A stretch of DNA of 64,000 bases from an uncultured Candidatus Saccharibacteria bacterium (GCA_964350165.1 CAYGJA010000001.1:86823-150822); one strand, 5' to 3'; positions 38,983-48,998 are shown, counted from the first letter of the stretch. The notes: a model not told the origin generated them from the sequence alone. Program-made: numbers and translations.

Positions 38983-39984
38983 TTATTCTTTCAAGCCTAA
39001 ATCATATTCTGTTAATGCTGCCCTAATTTCTTCAACTCCTTTGTCTCCAATACCGTCGAGAGCAAGTAGTTCAGATTCTGTCTTTTTTACCAAACCACCC
39101 AAAGTGCGAATACTTGCCTCAGACAAGGCATTCTGGGTTCGAGTAGACAAATCAAGAGAATCGATTCTTGTCTTCAGGGTATCGGTGTTGTCTTCAGAGT
39201 CTTCATTTGCCCCCTCTTTCTCGGCTTCGGCTTGTTTCATGCCGTTCACTACTTCTGCTTCGATTTCTTCGACAGAAACAGGGTTCTCTTCTTCTTCTTT
39301 TAATTCAAGAATCGAACGTAGCTGTTGAATCATAACCTTGATTGAATATTCAAGCGCCTCTCTTGGAGTAAGAGAACCGTCAGTTTCGATACTCATTCGC
39401 AACAAGTTGTGGTCGGTTCGGTCGCCAACACGCATGTTTTCGACATCGTAGCTTACTTTTCGAATCGGTGTATACACAGCATCAATAGCAATAACTCCAA
39501 TATCAGCTCGTGATTTTTTGGTGTTTGGCTTTGGAACAAAACCTAGACCTTGCTCAATCGTGATTTCGATCTCAAGAGTTGTTTTCTTGTCGGTAACCAT
39601 CGCAATCTGTTGCTCTGGATTCATTAATGTTGCTTGACCTGGTACGTTAAAATCAGCTCCGGTTACTTGTTTTTCCCCAGAAACTTTTAGTGTTGCCACG
39701 ACCGGTTCATCTCCATTAAGCTGAAAACGTAGTCGTTTCAAATTCAAAACAATAGTTAGCGCGTCCTCACGAACACCCTCCAAAGTGCTGTATTCATGAT
39801 CGGCTCCAGTAATTTTTATTTTTGTTACCGCTGCTCCTGGAATAGAAGAAAGCACAATGCGTCGCAAAGCGTTTCCAAGGGTGTGCCCATAACCGGGGTA
39901 TAGCCCCACGATTTCATAAGTTCCTTTTGTGGAATCTTCTGATATGGTTTTTAGTTTTGAGGGCAATAAGATGACGTGCGACAT
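38983..39984 (-). CDS. rpoA: RNA polymerase alpha subunit
   Basis: GYGHTLGNALRR; alpha-CTD LSTRTQNAL. Confidence 0.98.
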   Translation of the reverse strand: MSHVILLPSKLKTISEDSTKGTYEIVGLYPGYGHTLGNALRRIVLSSIPGAAVTKIKITGADHEYSTLEGVREDALTIVLNLKRLRFQLNGDEPVVATLKVSGEKQVTGADFNVPGQATLMNPEQQIAMVTDKKTTLEIEITIEQGLGFVPKPNTKKSRADIGVIAIDAVYTPIRKVSYDVENMRVGDRTDHNLLRMSIETDGSLTPREALEYSIKVMIQQLRSILELKEEEENPVSVEEIEAEVVNGMKQAEAEKEGANEDSEDNTDTLKTRIDSLDLSTRTQNALSEASIRTLGGLVKKTESELLALDGIGDKGVEEIRAALTEYDLGLKE

Positions 39985-40026
39985 AAATAAATTGTGACAA
40001 GTTATTAATTAAATAATGACAATTCT

Positions 40027-40644
40027 CTATTTACTATAGAACTCAATCACTGACTGGAAATTCAAAAATGAATCTGGAGTATCGGGAACACCTTTGACGG
40101 TTGTGGCCAGATTTTTGTCGTCTACAGAAAGCCAATTAGGAGCTTTGACTGATTTTAGTTTTTTGCCGATTTCATTGAAAACTACTCGATTTTTGCTTCC
40201 TTCACGAATGGCGACAACATCGTCTTTCTTTATTTGGTAAGAAGGAACAGTTGTGCGCTTGCCGTTAACCATAAAGTGCCCATGAGAAGCCAGTTGGCGA
40301 GCCAGGCTTCGAGTGTGGGCATATCCAGCTCGATAGATAATATTATCCAGTCGAGATTCTAACTGCTGAAACAATTGCTGTGCCGGAGCGACTGTTTTTT
40401 CATGAGAGCTAAGAGCTTTTTTTACATAATTTGCAAACTGACGCTCTCGCAAGCCGTAGCTAAGGCGGATTTTTTGTTTTTCAATAAGGGAAAGGCCGTA
40501 GTCGGTAACACGATTACGTCGTTTGGCTGTATAAACCTTGGCGCGCTTGGCTTGTGCCAGCATGAATTTTGGCGTTTGACATTGCTCAAACACACCAGCC
40601 CCAAGGCGTCGACAGATTTTAAATTTTTTCTTAGTCATGCTCAT
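40027..40644 (-). CDS. rpsD: 30S ribosomal protein S4
   Basis: LESRLDNIIYR and ARQLASHGH. Confidence 0.98.
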   Translation of the reverse strand: MSMTKKKFKICRRLGAGVFEQCQTPKFMLAQAKRAKVYTAKRRNRVTDYGLSLIEKQKIRLSYGLRERQFANYVKKALSSHEKTVAPAQQLFQQLESRLDNIIYRAGYAHTRSLARQLASHGHFMVNGKRTTVPSYQIKKDDVVAIREGSKNRVVFNEIGKKLKSVKAPNWLSVDDKNLATTVKGVPDTPDSFLNFQSVIEFYSK

Positions 40645-40664
40645 GATATTGCTTGCGTTATTGG

Positions 40665-41099
40665 TTAGACTCGGCGAGCCTTACGTGGTCGAACTCCATT
40701 ATGTGGATGCGGTGTTCGGTCCTCGATACTGCGTAATGAAATGCCATGTCCAGAAAAACCTCTAATAAGCGATTCTCTTCCAGAACCAACACCCGTAACA
40801 AAAACGTCGACTTCCTGAAGTCCCATCATTTTTGCTTTTTCTCCCAAAACTTCTCCAACCTTAGCGGCAGCAAAAGGAGTTCCCTTTTTTGCTCCTTTGA
40901 ACCCAAGAGCACCCGAAGAAGAAGACATTACAGCATTGCCTTCGGTATCAGTCACTAGGCCTAAGGTATTGTTAAAAGTTGATCTGATATACAGATTACC
41001 AGCGCTAAGTTTCTTTTTTGGAGTACGTGAAAGGGCTCGGGCTTTGAGTCCTTTGTCTACGCGCTGTCCTTTTTGTTTTACGATTCGCTTTTTTCCCAT
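40665..41099 (-). CDS. rpsK: 30S ribosomal protein S11
   Basis: STFNNT, TPFAA and PHNGVRP. Confidence 0.98.
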   Translation of the reverse strand: MGKKRIVKQKGQRVDKGLKARALSRTPKKKLSAGNLYIRSTFNNTLGLVTDTEGNAVMSSSSGALGFKGAKKGTPFAAAKVGEVLGEKAKMMGLQEVDVFVTGVGSGRESLIRGFSGHGISLRSIEDRTPHPHNGVRPRKARRV

Positions 41100-41109
41100 A
41101 TGACTAAAA

Positions 41110-41490
41110 TTATGTCTTGCTGACTTTTACCTTACCTGAACCCATGGTTACTCGTTTGTTGCCACGAACAGTACGAGAATTGTTCTTTGTTGTTTGCCCA
41201 CGTGAAGGAAGTCGAAGCGCATGCCGAGTTCCACGGTACGAATGAATATCACGAAGACGCTTGATGTTCATGCTTACTTCTCGCTTAAGGTCACCCTCAA
41301 GGATCATTTCGTCAAGAATTTGTCGAACTGCCTGCTCTTCTTCTCCGGAAAGGTCTTTTACTTTTTTGGTTGGCTCTACTTTTGCCTGAGACAAAATGTC
41401 TTTGGCAGTTGAAAGACCAATTCCAAAAAGAACGGTAAGTCCGTACTGGGCTTGTTTGTTATCTGGGATGGTAATACCTCGAACTCGCAT
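41110..41490 (-). CDS. rpsM: 30S ribosomal protein S13
   Basis: SYRGTRH and LPSRGQTTKNNSRT. Confidence 0.98.
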   Translation of the reverse strand: MRVRGITIPDNKQAQYGLTVLFGIGLSTAKDILSQAKVEPTKKVKDLSGEEEQAVRQILDEMILEGDLKREVSMNIKRLRDIHSYRGTRHALRLPSRGQTTKNNSRTVRGNKRVTMGSGKVKVSKT

Positions 41491-41506
41491 ACTTAAGATT
41501 CTAAAA

Positions 41507-41620
41507 TTATTGCCGCGCGTTGTGGCGTGGGTTCTTTTTGTTAATTCGGCGCAAGCGACCTTTACGACGAACGATAATGTCGTCTTTGCTTCGCTTTTTG
41601 ATTGAAGATTTTACTTTCAT
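41507..41620 (-). CDS. rpmJ: 50S ribosomal protein L36, zinc-free type (not in the ORF track)
   Basis: Manual translation [37 protein letters not shown]; lies between infA and rpsM. Confidence 0.93.
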   Translation of the reverse strand: MKVKSSIKKRSKDDIIVRRKGRLRRINKKNPRHNARQ

Positions 41621-41713
41621 AGGTGTTTTTGGGCAAAGTCTCTTGAACGCACAAAAGAGAAAAGGGAGACCCTTTTCCGAGCGTCAATTGCTTGTGCGTG
41701 TACTATAGCGCAT

Positions 41714-41962
41714 TTACTTTCGTTTGACAATCCTACCGCGACCCCCATAAGGATCAATAACTATATCGACGGTATCACCAACCAAAACCTTGATTCGGTG
41801 CAACTTCATTTTGCCTGACAAATACGCAATCATCTCCAGTCCATGAGCACCATTTTTCAAACCAGGAGCCTCTGTTCCTTCGGGGAAAATCACCCGGAAC
41901 ATAGTGTTTGGTAATGCTTCTGTTACTTGTCCTGAAATTATTGTTTCGTTACTTTTTGCCAT
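41714..41962 (-). CDS. infA: Translation initiation factor IF-1
   Basis: EALPNTMFRV, LSGKM and GRIVKR; ~10 aa insertion. Confidence 0.95.
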   Translation of the reverse strand: MAKSNETIISGQVTEALPNTMFRVIFPEGTEAPGLKNGAHGLEMIAYLSGKMKLHRIKVLVGDTVDIVIDPYGGRGRIVKRK

Positions 41963-42012
41963 TTAAAATTTATATATTACGCACGATGCCAATTGAGGTT
42001 ACCACACGAAGA

Positions 42013-43389
42013 CTAGCTGTCAATGTTCTGATAAATAATGTCTATTTTTTCAAATTTTTTGGGAAGTTGTTTTATCCAAATCGGCTTTATTTCTGCTTCG
42101 GCTGACTGGATTTCGTCACGTTCTCGCAAAACAGAAGCAAAATCACGCTGCTTTACACCAGAAACGAGACGCTTCACTATCAAATCATCTACTTGCCAAC
42201 GCACCGTAGCACTACCAGAAACCTGTAGATTGGTGAGTTCTTGAGTAGAGGTGGTCACGACATAATCAAGATCAGAAAGGTTTGTGATCATTAATTTTGG
42301 CAAAGTGATTTCGTCAAAACCACCACGTGCCAGTAGAGCGGTTTCTATTTCATCTTTGCGCACCAACAACATAGACACATCGGCCTTGAGCACCGCTCGC
42401 AAACCACTTTCTGGCTGTGGATCAAAGGCGATTTCTTTCCAGGTGTATTCTTCGGTATCTGGCAAAACCATGTAGCCTTCTGGAATACGGTAGGCAACTT
42501 CATTGCGACTTTGATCAAACACCTCTTGACGCAAAGCGAGCTCGAGCCCTCCTTGGTCTTCGTCCTCAACAGCTGGACGCTGTCCGATAAAACCTCCCGA
42601 TAGCGGACCGACTGAACGAGCATAAAAACCTTCAAATTTGGGACCGCCTCGAAACCCAGGTATAACAAAATCGGTGGGCTCTTGATTGTATTCCGGACCA
42701 GGATTATCGGCATAGACAGTTGCCTGAATCGAACCAGGAACAAGTTCTCCGTTAACCAGGGTTTGTCCCGGAACAGTGATTCCGCCCCCCTTGGCTAATT
42801 TGTATATTTTCCCAGAAGAATCTTCGAAGCGTGTTTCTTCACGAAGCTTTTGAGCAGAAGTGGAGAAATTGTTGTATACGACAATTTCTCCAGAGGCTTT
42901 TTCGCTCACGTCGACCAAGGGGGCGTCAGCCAAACTTTGGCTGGCTTCTACCGGAAAAACAACCGTGTCGTAATCAAGCTGATCTTCTACGCTGTTTTCG
43001 TACAAAGCCAAAACAGTATCTACCGCAATCACCTGCTCCTTGAGTGTGATTCGAAGCGAAGCTCGAGCAGAAGTTAGAGATATTACATAGCCCAAGACAA
43101 TCACCAGCACAAACGCAAGACCCCAGAGTGTTTTTCCGCCAGAAGCAGCTCTTTTTTCTCGAGAACTAACCACCAGAGGAGATCCTGTTCGCATGCGACG
43201 CGAAGAAGATGTTCTTGGTATTGTCTTCTTTTTTGGTTTGGTAAAAGTCGCGCGTTCTTCGGATTCAGAGTCACTGGCTCGAACCACTCGACGACGAGAC
43301 ACAACCGAGGAAGTACTTCGGACCGGTCGCCTAGCCTCCCTCTCTCGAGTAGGTAAATTAATATCCTGAATTTTTCTTCGGTCTGACAT
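42013..43389 (-). CDS. Membrane protein with baseplate-J-like extracellular domain
   Basis: R/S-rich N-terminus, TM, KASGEIVVYN, ADNPGPEYN, FVIPGF and SGG. Confidence 0.6.
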   Translation of the reverse strand: MSDRRKIQDINLPTREREARRPVRSTSSVVSRRRVVRASDSESEERATFTKPKKKTIPRTSSSRRMRTGSPLVVSSREKRAASGGKTLWGLAFVLVIVLGYVISLTSARASLRITLKEQVIAVDTVLALYENSVEDQLDYDTVVFPVEASQSLADAPLVDVSEKASGEIVVYNNFSTSAQKLREETRFEDSSGKIYKLAKGGGITVPGQTLVNGELVPGSIQATVYADNPGPEYNQEPTDFVIPGFRGGPKFEGFYARSVGPLSGGFIGQRPAVEDEDQGGLELALRQEVFDQSRNEVAYRIPEGYMVLPDTEEYTWKEIAFDPQPESGLRAVLKADVSMLLVRKDEIETALLARGGFDEITLPKLMITNLSDLDYVVTTSTQELTNLQVSGSATVRWQVDDLIVKRLVSGVKQRDFASVLRERDEIQSAEAEIKPIWIKQLPKKFEKIDIIYQNIDS

Positions 43390-43410
43390 ATATCTACAGT
43401 GTAGCAAGTT

Positions 43411-44565
43411 TTATAACAATGAGGCTACATAAAAATGAATGGCATGTTCGGAAACCACTCCAGCACCATCAACAACCAGAGTGTTGTCACGAAAATCAAA
43501 AAAAGTAACGGTTGCTTCTGCTGGCAAAGCGCCCTGGACTGTTTTTTCAATCATGGAGCGCTCTATGATTTGTTCAAAAGAATCCGAAATACTATACACC
43601 GCCCGATCAGGAAAGGTGGTCGCTTGTGTAATCTGCATAAGGACTTCCTGCAATTGTCTTCGCCAAATGTCAGCCACAACCCGACACTGCTCGGTGATTT
43701 GTTGTTGCAACGACGCCTCTAGTCGGTTTTGGAAAAATAATTCTAACAAATGCGTGGCTCGGTGATGGTCTTTTCCCACAACCGATTGAATCTGCTCGAT
43801 GATTGATTCGATTCCAATCTGAATATCTCTTTTCTCGATAGCACCCTTGTTCGTGTGCAACACAACAGTGGTGCGCCCTTCATCAATAAAGACAAATAAC
43901 GTACTGAGCTGTTTGTGTTCTGTAAATTTGTCGAGGGCTGAATATAACAAAGCGTCGTGCGTAGTGTGCGTTATCCGATGATGAGGTAATATTTTTCGAA
44001 GCGTGTTCTCGATTGCTTTTTTCATCATTTCGGCTACCAAATCATACTGAAGGGTTAGGGATATTTCTTCGGCGCGCTTGCCAAAAGGCTCGAGAAAATG
44101 ATAGCCGTTTAATTTTTCGTGAATAGGAGTAATTCCTAGTAGCACCTGTTCGTGGTCTTTGTTGTGTTGCGCTGTGGTTTTGTATTCTGAAAGCGCACGT
44201 TTGGTCATTTTTTCTTGCTGACTCTTGGTGTACTTGATTGGTCGATGAGAAGACTCGATCACATCTTTCCAGAAAGAACCTCCCCAAGGGGCGTCATATA
44301 TTACGGTGATTTTGGTTATGTTTTCTAGGTGACGATTGTCTATACGAGAAAAAACTCTTTCTAGCGCTGTGGCATAGCGACTGACTCGATGTCCCTGATC
44401 ATGAATATCTGCTTGATCTACAAGCTGCTGTGCCTGCAATTCATTTTTTATAAGTTTTTGTTTTTTGTTCAATACCGAAAGCACGGCCACGAGAACGCTC
44501 GATCGCCCAACCTCGACCACTAGATGTTTGTCTGGTCCCTTTTTTTGGAGTTGCCAACTTTTCAC
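43411..44565 (-). CDS. Divergent FtsA/PilM-like actin-fold protein
   Basis: VVEVGRSSV and FIDEGRTTV degenerate phosphate motifs; KLNGY...P.G. Confidence 0.5.
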   Translation of the reverse strand: MKSWQLQKKGPDKHLVVEVGRSSVLVAVLSVLNKKQKLIKNELQAQQLVDQADIHDQGHRVSRYATALERVFSRIDNRHLENITKITVIYDAPWGGSFWKDVIESSHRPIKYTKSQQEKMTKRALSEYKTTAQHNKDHEQVLLGITPIHEKLNGYHFLEPFGKRAEEISLTLQYDLVAEMMKKAIENTLRKILPHHRITHTTHDALLYSALDKFTEHKQLSTLFVFIDEGRTTVVLHTNKGAIEKRDIQIGIESIIEQIQSVVGKDHHRATHLLELFFQNRLEASLQQQITEQCRVVADIWRRQLQEVLMQITQATTFPDRAVYSISDSFEQIIERSMIEKTVQGALPAEATVTFFDFRDNTLVVDGAGVVSEHAIHFYVASLL

Positions 44566-44588
44566 CCAAATATTGTAGCATGCAAGCC

Positions 44589-46334
44589 TTATTCGAGAAC
44601 CGCCTTGATCCTGCGGATACCGGCCGAGCTGGCTTCTTCTTTTTTAATACGAAAATGTCCCAGTTCGGCAGTGTTTTCGACATGTGGACCACCGCAGAAT
44701 TCTTTGGAGAAAACATTGCCAGCCGCGTCTTCGACAAAATATACTGATACGGTGTCTGGATATTTGGCGCCAAATTCCATTTCGGCTCCCAAGGCTTCGG
44801 CTTTGGCTAACGGCATTTCGCGTTGCACCACTGCTAAATTCGCCTGAATTTTTTCGTTCACTATTTTTTCTACGGCCTGCTTTTCCTCGTCGGTCATTTT
44901 GCGATCAAAAGCAAAGTCGATACGCAAACGCTCTCCGGTAATATTGCTTCCCCGTTGCTTTACCTCTACCCCCAAAACCTGTTGCAGGGCTGCTAAGAGC
45001 AAATGATGAGCAGTGTGCAATCTGACCGTGGCTTCATCATGATCCGCCAGACCTCCTTTGAATTTGTGTTCGGCTCCAGTCCGGGACAGTTCCTGGTGTT
45101 CCGTCATTTTGGTATTAAAATCTTCCCCACTAATGGTCTCTCCTTTTTCAGCGGCAAGCTCCATAGTCATTTCTACCGGGAAACCATAGGTAGCAAATAA
45201 CACAAAAGCATCACGTTCACCTTTTTCAAATTCATGCAGTCCTTTATCCAGCACTTTTGCAAACCGCTCGATTTCGGTGGCGATGATTTCCCGGGCGGCA
45301 GTTCCCTGCTCACGCAAATGCGGATACGCCTGACCATACATAGCGACCACAATACCTACCAAGTCGACGACTCGTTCCAACACATCCTTTCGTTTCGCGT
45401 GGGCCGCCGCCCGACGAATCAATCGTCTCAGAATATAACCCCGGTCAGTATTAGCGGGCTCCAATCCTTCGGCTGCCAGAAACGTAGCAGCCTTGATATG
45501 ATCGGCAATAATTCGTGCTTCTCGTGATTGCCCTAATCCCAACGCGTCAATCAACGGAACAAAAGCATCCGTCGCAAAAATACTGGATTGTTTTTGCATC
45601 ACGGCTGCTAGACGCTCCAGCCCCGATCCGGTGTCTACGTTTTGGTTAGGTAGCTTGGCCGCGACCTTACCCCCCTCTTGGCGATACGCCATGAATACGT
45701 CGTTCCAAATTTCCACCACATCTTGCCTTTCGTCTGCGGCTTCGAATTCTGCTGGCGACAAATCCCCTAATCCGTCGGCAGTCAAATCATAGAACATCTC
45801 GGTGCTCGGACCCGCTGGCGAATCAGGCCCAGCTGTCCACCAGTTGTCTTTGGAATCACGATAATAAATCCGATGCTCGGGCAGGTATTTCTTCCAGATA
45901 GCTACGGCCTCGTCATCGCGGGGCACGTCGTCATTGCCGGCAAATACCGTCACATACAATCGCGCCGGATCTAGTCCCAGGCCTTCGTTCGGATTGGTCA
46001 GGAATTCGTAACTCCACTGGATGGCCTCGGCTTTAAAATAATCACCCAAAGACCAATTGCCGAGCATCTCGAACATGGTGGCGTGGGTATTATCCCCCAC
46101 TTCATCAATATCAACCGTACGAATACACAACTGTGACGATACCAAGCGTGCACCCTCGGGATGCTTCTCGCCCAGGAGATACGGCATCAACGGTTGCATG
46201 CCGGCCACGTTGAACAAGGTCACGTTCTTGCCCGCTGCATCTCCGGGTGGAATCAGTGGTGCCGATGGCAATACTGCGTGTCGTCGCGCCTGAAAAAATT
46301 CCAAAAATCTTTTTCGTATTTCGGTTGATGTCAT
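44589..46334 (-). CDS. alaS: Alanine--tRNA ligase (no C-Ala domain)
   Basis: FEMLGNWS, DTGSGLER, HTAHHLL and EFCGGPHV; ends at GIRRIKAVLE. Confidence 0.97.
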   Translation of the reverse strand: MTSTEIRKRFLEFFQARRHAVLPSAPLIPPGDAAGKNVTLFNVAGMQPLMPYLLGEKHPEGARLVSSQLCIRTVDIDEVGDNTHATMFEMLGNWSLGDYFKAEAIQWSYEFLTNPNEGLGLDPARLYVTVFAGNDDVPRDDEAVAIWKKYLPEHRIYYRDSKDNWWTAGPDSPAGPSTEMFYDLTADGLGDLSPAEFEAADERQDVVEIWNDVFMAYRQEGGKVAAKLPNQNVDTGSGLERLAAVMQKQSSIFATDAFVPLIDALGLGQSREARIIADHIKAATFLAAEGLEPANTDRGYILRRLIRRAAAHAKRKDVLERVVDLVGIVVAMYGQAYPHLREQGTAAREIIATEIERFAKVLDKGLHEFEKGERDAFVLFATYGFPVEMTMELAAEKGETISGEDFNTKMTEHQELSRTGAEHKFKGGLADHDEATVRLHTAHHLLLAALQQVLGVEVKQRGSNITGERLRIDFAFDRKMTDEEKQAVEKIVNEKIQANLAVVQREMPLAKAEALGAEMEFGAKYPDTVSVYFVEDAAGNVFSKEFCGGPHVENTAELGHFRIKKEEASSAGIRRIKAVLE

Positions 46335-46529
46335 GCCTTGTACTGTACTTGGTAGGCAGAAAGTTGGCAACATTTTTTACAGTTACAATAATTTATATGA
46401 ATTTTGAAAAACCCTACCCGTCCGAAAACTCAGATCATTTAAGCCAAGAAAGAATGGCCGAAATTACACAACAAAGCCACTCTCTCTACTGAAGAAAATA
46501 TAAATCCAGATCTATTCAAAAACTCACAA

Positions 46530-46567
46530 AAAAACACGCTTTTCCCGCAAGGGAAAAGCGTGTTTTT
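46530..46567. terminator. Intrinsic terminator
   Basis: aaaaacacgcttttccc-gcaa-gggaaaagcgtgttttt. Confidence 0.85.
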
Positions 46568-46581
46568 ATATCACGCCTGAA

Positions 46582-47034
46582 TCAGGGGCTACTTACCTTT
46601 ACGGCAATAATTATCTGATCACCATTGCTGGTATCGAGAATATACCCCTGATTGGGTCGTATTCCCGACCCTCTCCACCAGAAGTTAACATCCTCCCCAA
46701 ACGGTCCGATTACCTTCAAGAGAAACGTGTCTTGTTTTCTGCCCAAAATGTCCAGTTGAATTTTGACGTTTTTGTAAGCCAGAAGGCAAAAAAAATTTGC
46801 CCAAAGCTTGAGGTTCTCAACACGTTTGCTGGTTTTTATATAAAAACCAGAAGGGCGATCATTCGTGTCTTCCAAAAAAATTCCAGCCAAAAACGAATAC
46901 TTTACCCCTGAAACAGCCTTTGGACGCAGCAACTCAGACCTGTTGTCGGTAACGGGAAGGAAAACGTATCCGTTTTCTCCGAATAATTTATCCAGCAAAG
47001 GCTTTAACGTTGCAAAAATCTCTTGTCTCGTCAT
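46582..47034 (-). CDS. Hypothetical protein (paralog B)
   Basis: 150 aa; N-terminal EIFATLKPLLD shared with 47195-47665. Confidence 0.75.
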   Translation of the reverse strand: MTRQEIFATLKPLLDKLFGENGYVFLPVTDNRSELLRPKAVSGVKYSFLAGIFLEDTNDRPSGFYIKTSKRVENLKLWANFFCLLAYKNVKIQLDILGRKQDTFLLKVIGPFGEDVNFWWRGSGIRPNQGYILDTSNGDQIIIAVKVSSP

Positions 47035-47122
47035 AGTAAAAAAATTTTAAAGAATTGAAAAACTAATTTCCCACCACCCTAACACAACCAACCACAACAA
47101 AAAAGACTTTTGTTTTTCAAAA
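46990..47122. repeat. Direct repeat copy 1 (~133 bp; 65 bp identical core at 47058-47122)
   Basis: Matches 47621-47755. Confidence 0.95.
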
Positions 47123-47142
47123 TTCGCCAGGCAGCAATCAAT

Positions 47143-47175
47143 AAAAAACACCTCTCCAGTTGGGAGGTGTTTTTT
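47143..47175. terminator. Intrinsic terminator
   Basis: aaaaaacacctc...gaggtgtttttt. Confidence 0.8.
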
Positions 47176-47194
47176 TAAATGATCTTTTACCAGA

Positions 47195-47665
47195 TTAGGT
47201 GGCAATGGTTTCGGCAACAATAGTAACGTTAACCCATCTTTCTTTGCTTCCAAAACGCGAGAGTCCGAGAAACCCGGGGGCTAACCTTTCCACCAGAATA
47301 GCCATGTCTGCGTCAATTTTTAGTCGGTAGATATCTTCAGAATAAGTCAAAGAAATCACTGACTCCCACAACATGACTATGCAGCAAAATACAGCCAATT
47401 GAGTGATGCCTAGGCCAGACACGGGCATGCTCGTGTTAAAAAAAATCGACCCCCCATTCTTCTGAAAAGAAGCAAGTTTGGAGTTTACTTCTTCCCCAAA
47501 AAACTCATTAACTTTTTTTCCTCCTATCTCATAGGTTGGGAAATTTTGATAGACACCTTCACAAAACGAAGGCCCTTTATTTTCGAAAAAAATGCCATAC
47601 TCCTCTTTGCCAAAAACGGCATCCAGCAAAGGCTTTAACGTTGCAAAAATTTCTTCTCTTTCCAT
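47195..47665 (-). CDS. Hypothetical protein (paralog A)
   Basis: 156 aa; N-terminal EIFATLKPLLD. Confidence 0.75.
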   Translation of the reverse strand: MEREEIFATLKPLLDAVFGKEEYGIFFENKGPSFCEGVYQNFPTYEIGGKKVNEFFGEEVNSKLASFQKNGGSIFFNTSMPVSGLGITQLAVFCCIVMLWESVISLTYSEDIYRLKIDADMAILVERLAPGFLGLSRFGSKERWVNVTIVAETIAT

Positions 47666-47755
47666 AGCGCAAAAAAATTTAAAGGGTTGAAAAAACTAAT
47701 TTCCCACCACCCTAACACAACCAACCACAACAAAAAAGACTTTTGTTTTTCAAAA
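47621..47755. repeat. Direct repeat copy 2 (core 47691-47755)
   Basis: Matches 46990-47122. Confidence 0.95.
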
Positions 47756-47823
47756 GTATTTTTTGTATTTCGGTTCATGTATATGCGCTCTATCGTGCCA
47801 TGGCTTGTAAAGAAATCCAGCCA

Positions 47824-48603
47824 TCAGCTAGATTTTTCTTCTTTTGGCCACCATGGGAAAAAAGCGTTGGTAGTGCGCCCATAGGCGGCAAAGTCAGGGT
47901 GCTGGGACATTTTTTTCTCGAGCATCGGGATACCAGAAACCTTTAAAATCAAATAAGTAATCGTAATAGGTCCGATTACCGCTATCCACCCCATAGGTAC
48001 CGACAGTGCCACCAGCCAAATCCCCCACCACTGGGTTACCTCGCCAAAATAATTCGGGTGTCGGGTATAGCGCCACAGACCTGAAGTCATCAGCTTGCCT
48101 TTATTCTTGGGGTTTTTCAGAAACTGCGCCAGCTGCCAGTCGCCGATGGATTCAAAGCCAAAACCAATGAGCCACACCAAAATACCAAGTACTGCCAGGA
48201 TACCAAAAGAGCTACTATTTGATTGATTGATCATAAGCACCGGCACGCTAATCAGATACAGCAATACCCCCTGCAGTATGTAAATTTGGAAGTACGAACG
48301 CAGTACGAACCATTTCCCCCAATCACGCCGCCAGGCTTGGTACCGATGGTCTTCAGGCTTGCCTCGGTTGCGCCGATAGATATGCCAAGCCAAACGCGTT
48401 CCCCAAATCGTTACCAAGATTGATACGATGATACCCAGCAGACTGTACCCACCAGACAGACCAAATGACGTCCAAGCCAACAACACAAACCCCAGCCCCC
48501 AAGCAATGTCTGCCGCATCGTTGCGCCGCAGCACCAAAGACACCACAAACCAGAGGTTCATGTAAACAAAGAGAATAATGCCGAGAGTTACAAAGTAATT
48601 CAT
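47824..48603 (-). CDS. DUF1295 (steroid 5-alpha-reductase-like) membrane protein
   Basis: EDHRY, GDWQLAQF, GLWRYTRHPNYFGE and SGIPMLEK. Confidence 0.9.
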   Translation of the reverse strand: MNYFVTLGIILFVYMNLWFVVSLVLRRNDAADIAWGLGFVLLAWTSFGLSGGYSLLGIIVSILVTIWGTRLAWHIYRRNRGKPEDHRYQAWRRDWGKWFVLRSYFQIYILQGVLLYLISVPVLMINQSNSSSFGILAVLGILVWLIGFGFESIGDWQLAQFLKNPKNKGKLMTSGLWRYTRHPNYFGEVTQWWGIWLVALSVPMGWIAVIGPITITYLILKVSGIPMLEKKMSQHPDFAAYGRTTNAFFPWWPKEEKSS

Positions 48604-48998
48604 ACACCCAACTTTCCAGCAATGAGGTAGGTAACCGTCGACACCGACCCAGCCAAAACCGCACCCCAAGCCAAATCAACCATCGTTACCAACAGCGGCC
48701 AGTCCTTGACCGTGGCCAAATTAGTCAGGTCATACGTGGCATAAGTAATCAGCCCAAACAACGCTCCCATCCATAAAACCCGCATCCATGTTCCCGACGA
48801 CATCGCCGGCGAAATCACAAACACCACCAAGCCAGCAATAAACAAAAGATAAAAAATAATCGCTGCTGGCCAATTGACCTGCGGGGCCAACAAAAAACCA
48901 ATCTGTCGCTGATAAAAATTCTTGGCCACTAATCCCAGCCACACCATATCGATGGCAAAAAATACCGGCAACGCAATCAAATATAATTTCCAAAACAT
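48600..48998 (-). CDS. DUF2177 membrane protein
   Basis: IDMVWLG, YATYDLTNLAT and DLAWG. Confidence 0.88.
   Translation of the reverse strand: MFWKLYLIALPVFFAIDMVWLGLVAKNFYQRQIGFLLAPQVNWPAAIIFYLLFIAGLVVFVISPAMSSGTWMRVLWMGALFGLITYATYDLTNLATVKDWPLLVTMVDLAWGAVLAGSVSTVTYLIAGKLGV

Noticed and set aside
42013-43389. Prophage suggested by the baseplate-like domain
   Set aside because: No other phage genes; it lies between alaS and infA
46397-46492. 31-aa ORF divergent from alaS
   Set aside because: It has a promoter-like upstream sequence but is too short and featureless to call; possibly a gene remnant
46582-47755. Classical integron array
   Set aside because: No integrase and no attC-type RYYYAAC...GTTRRRY imperfect hairpin recognised
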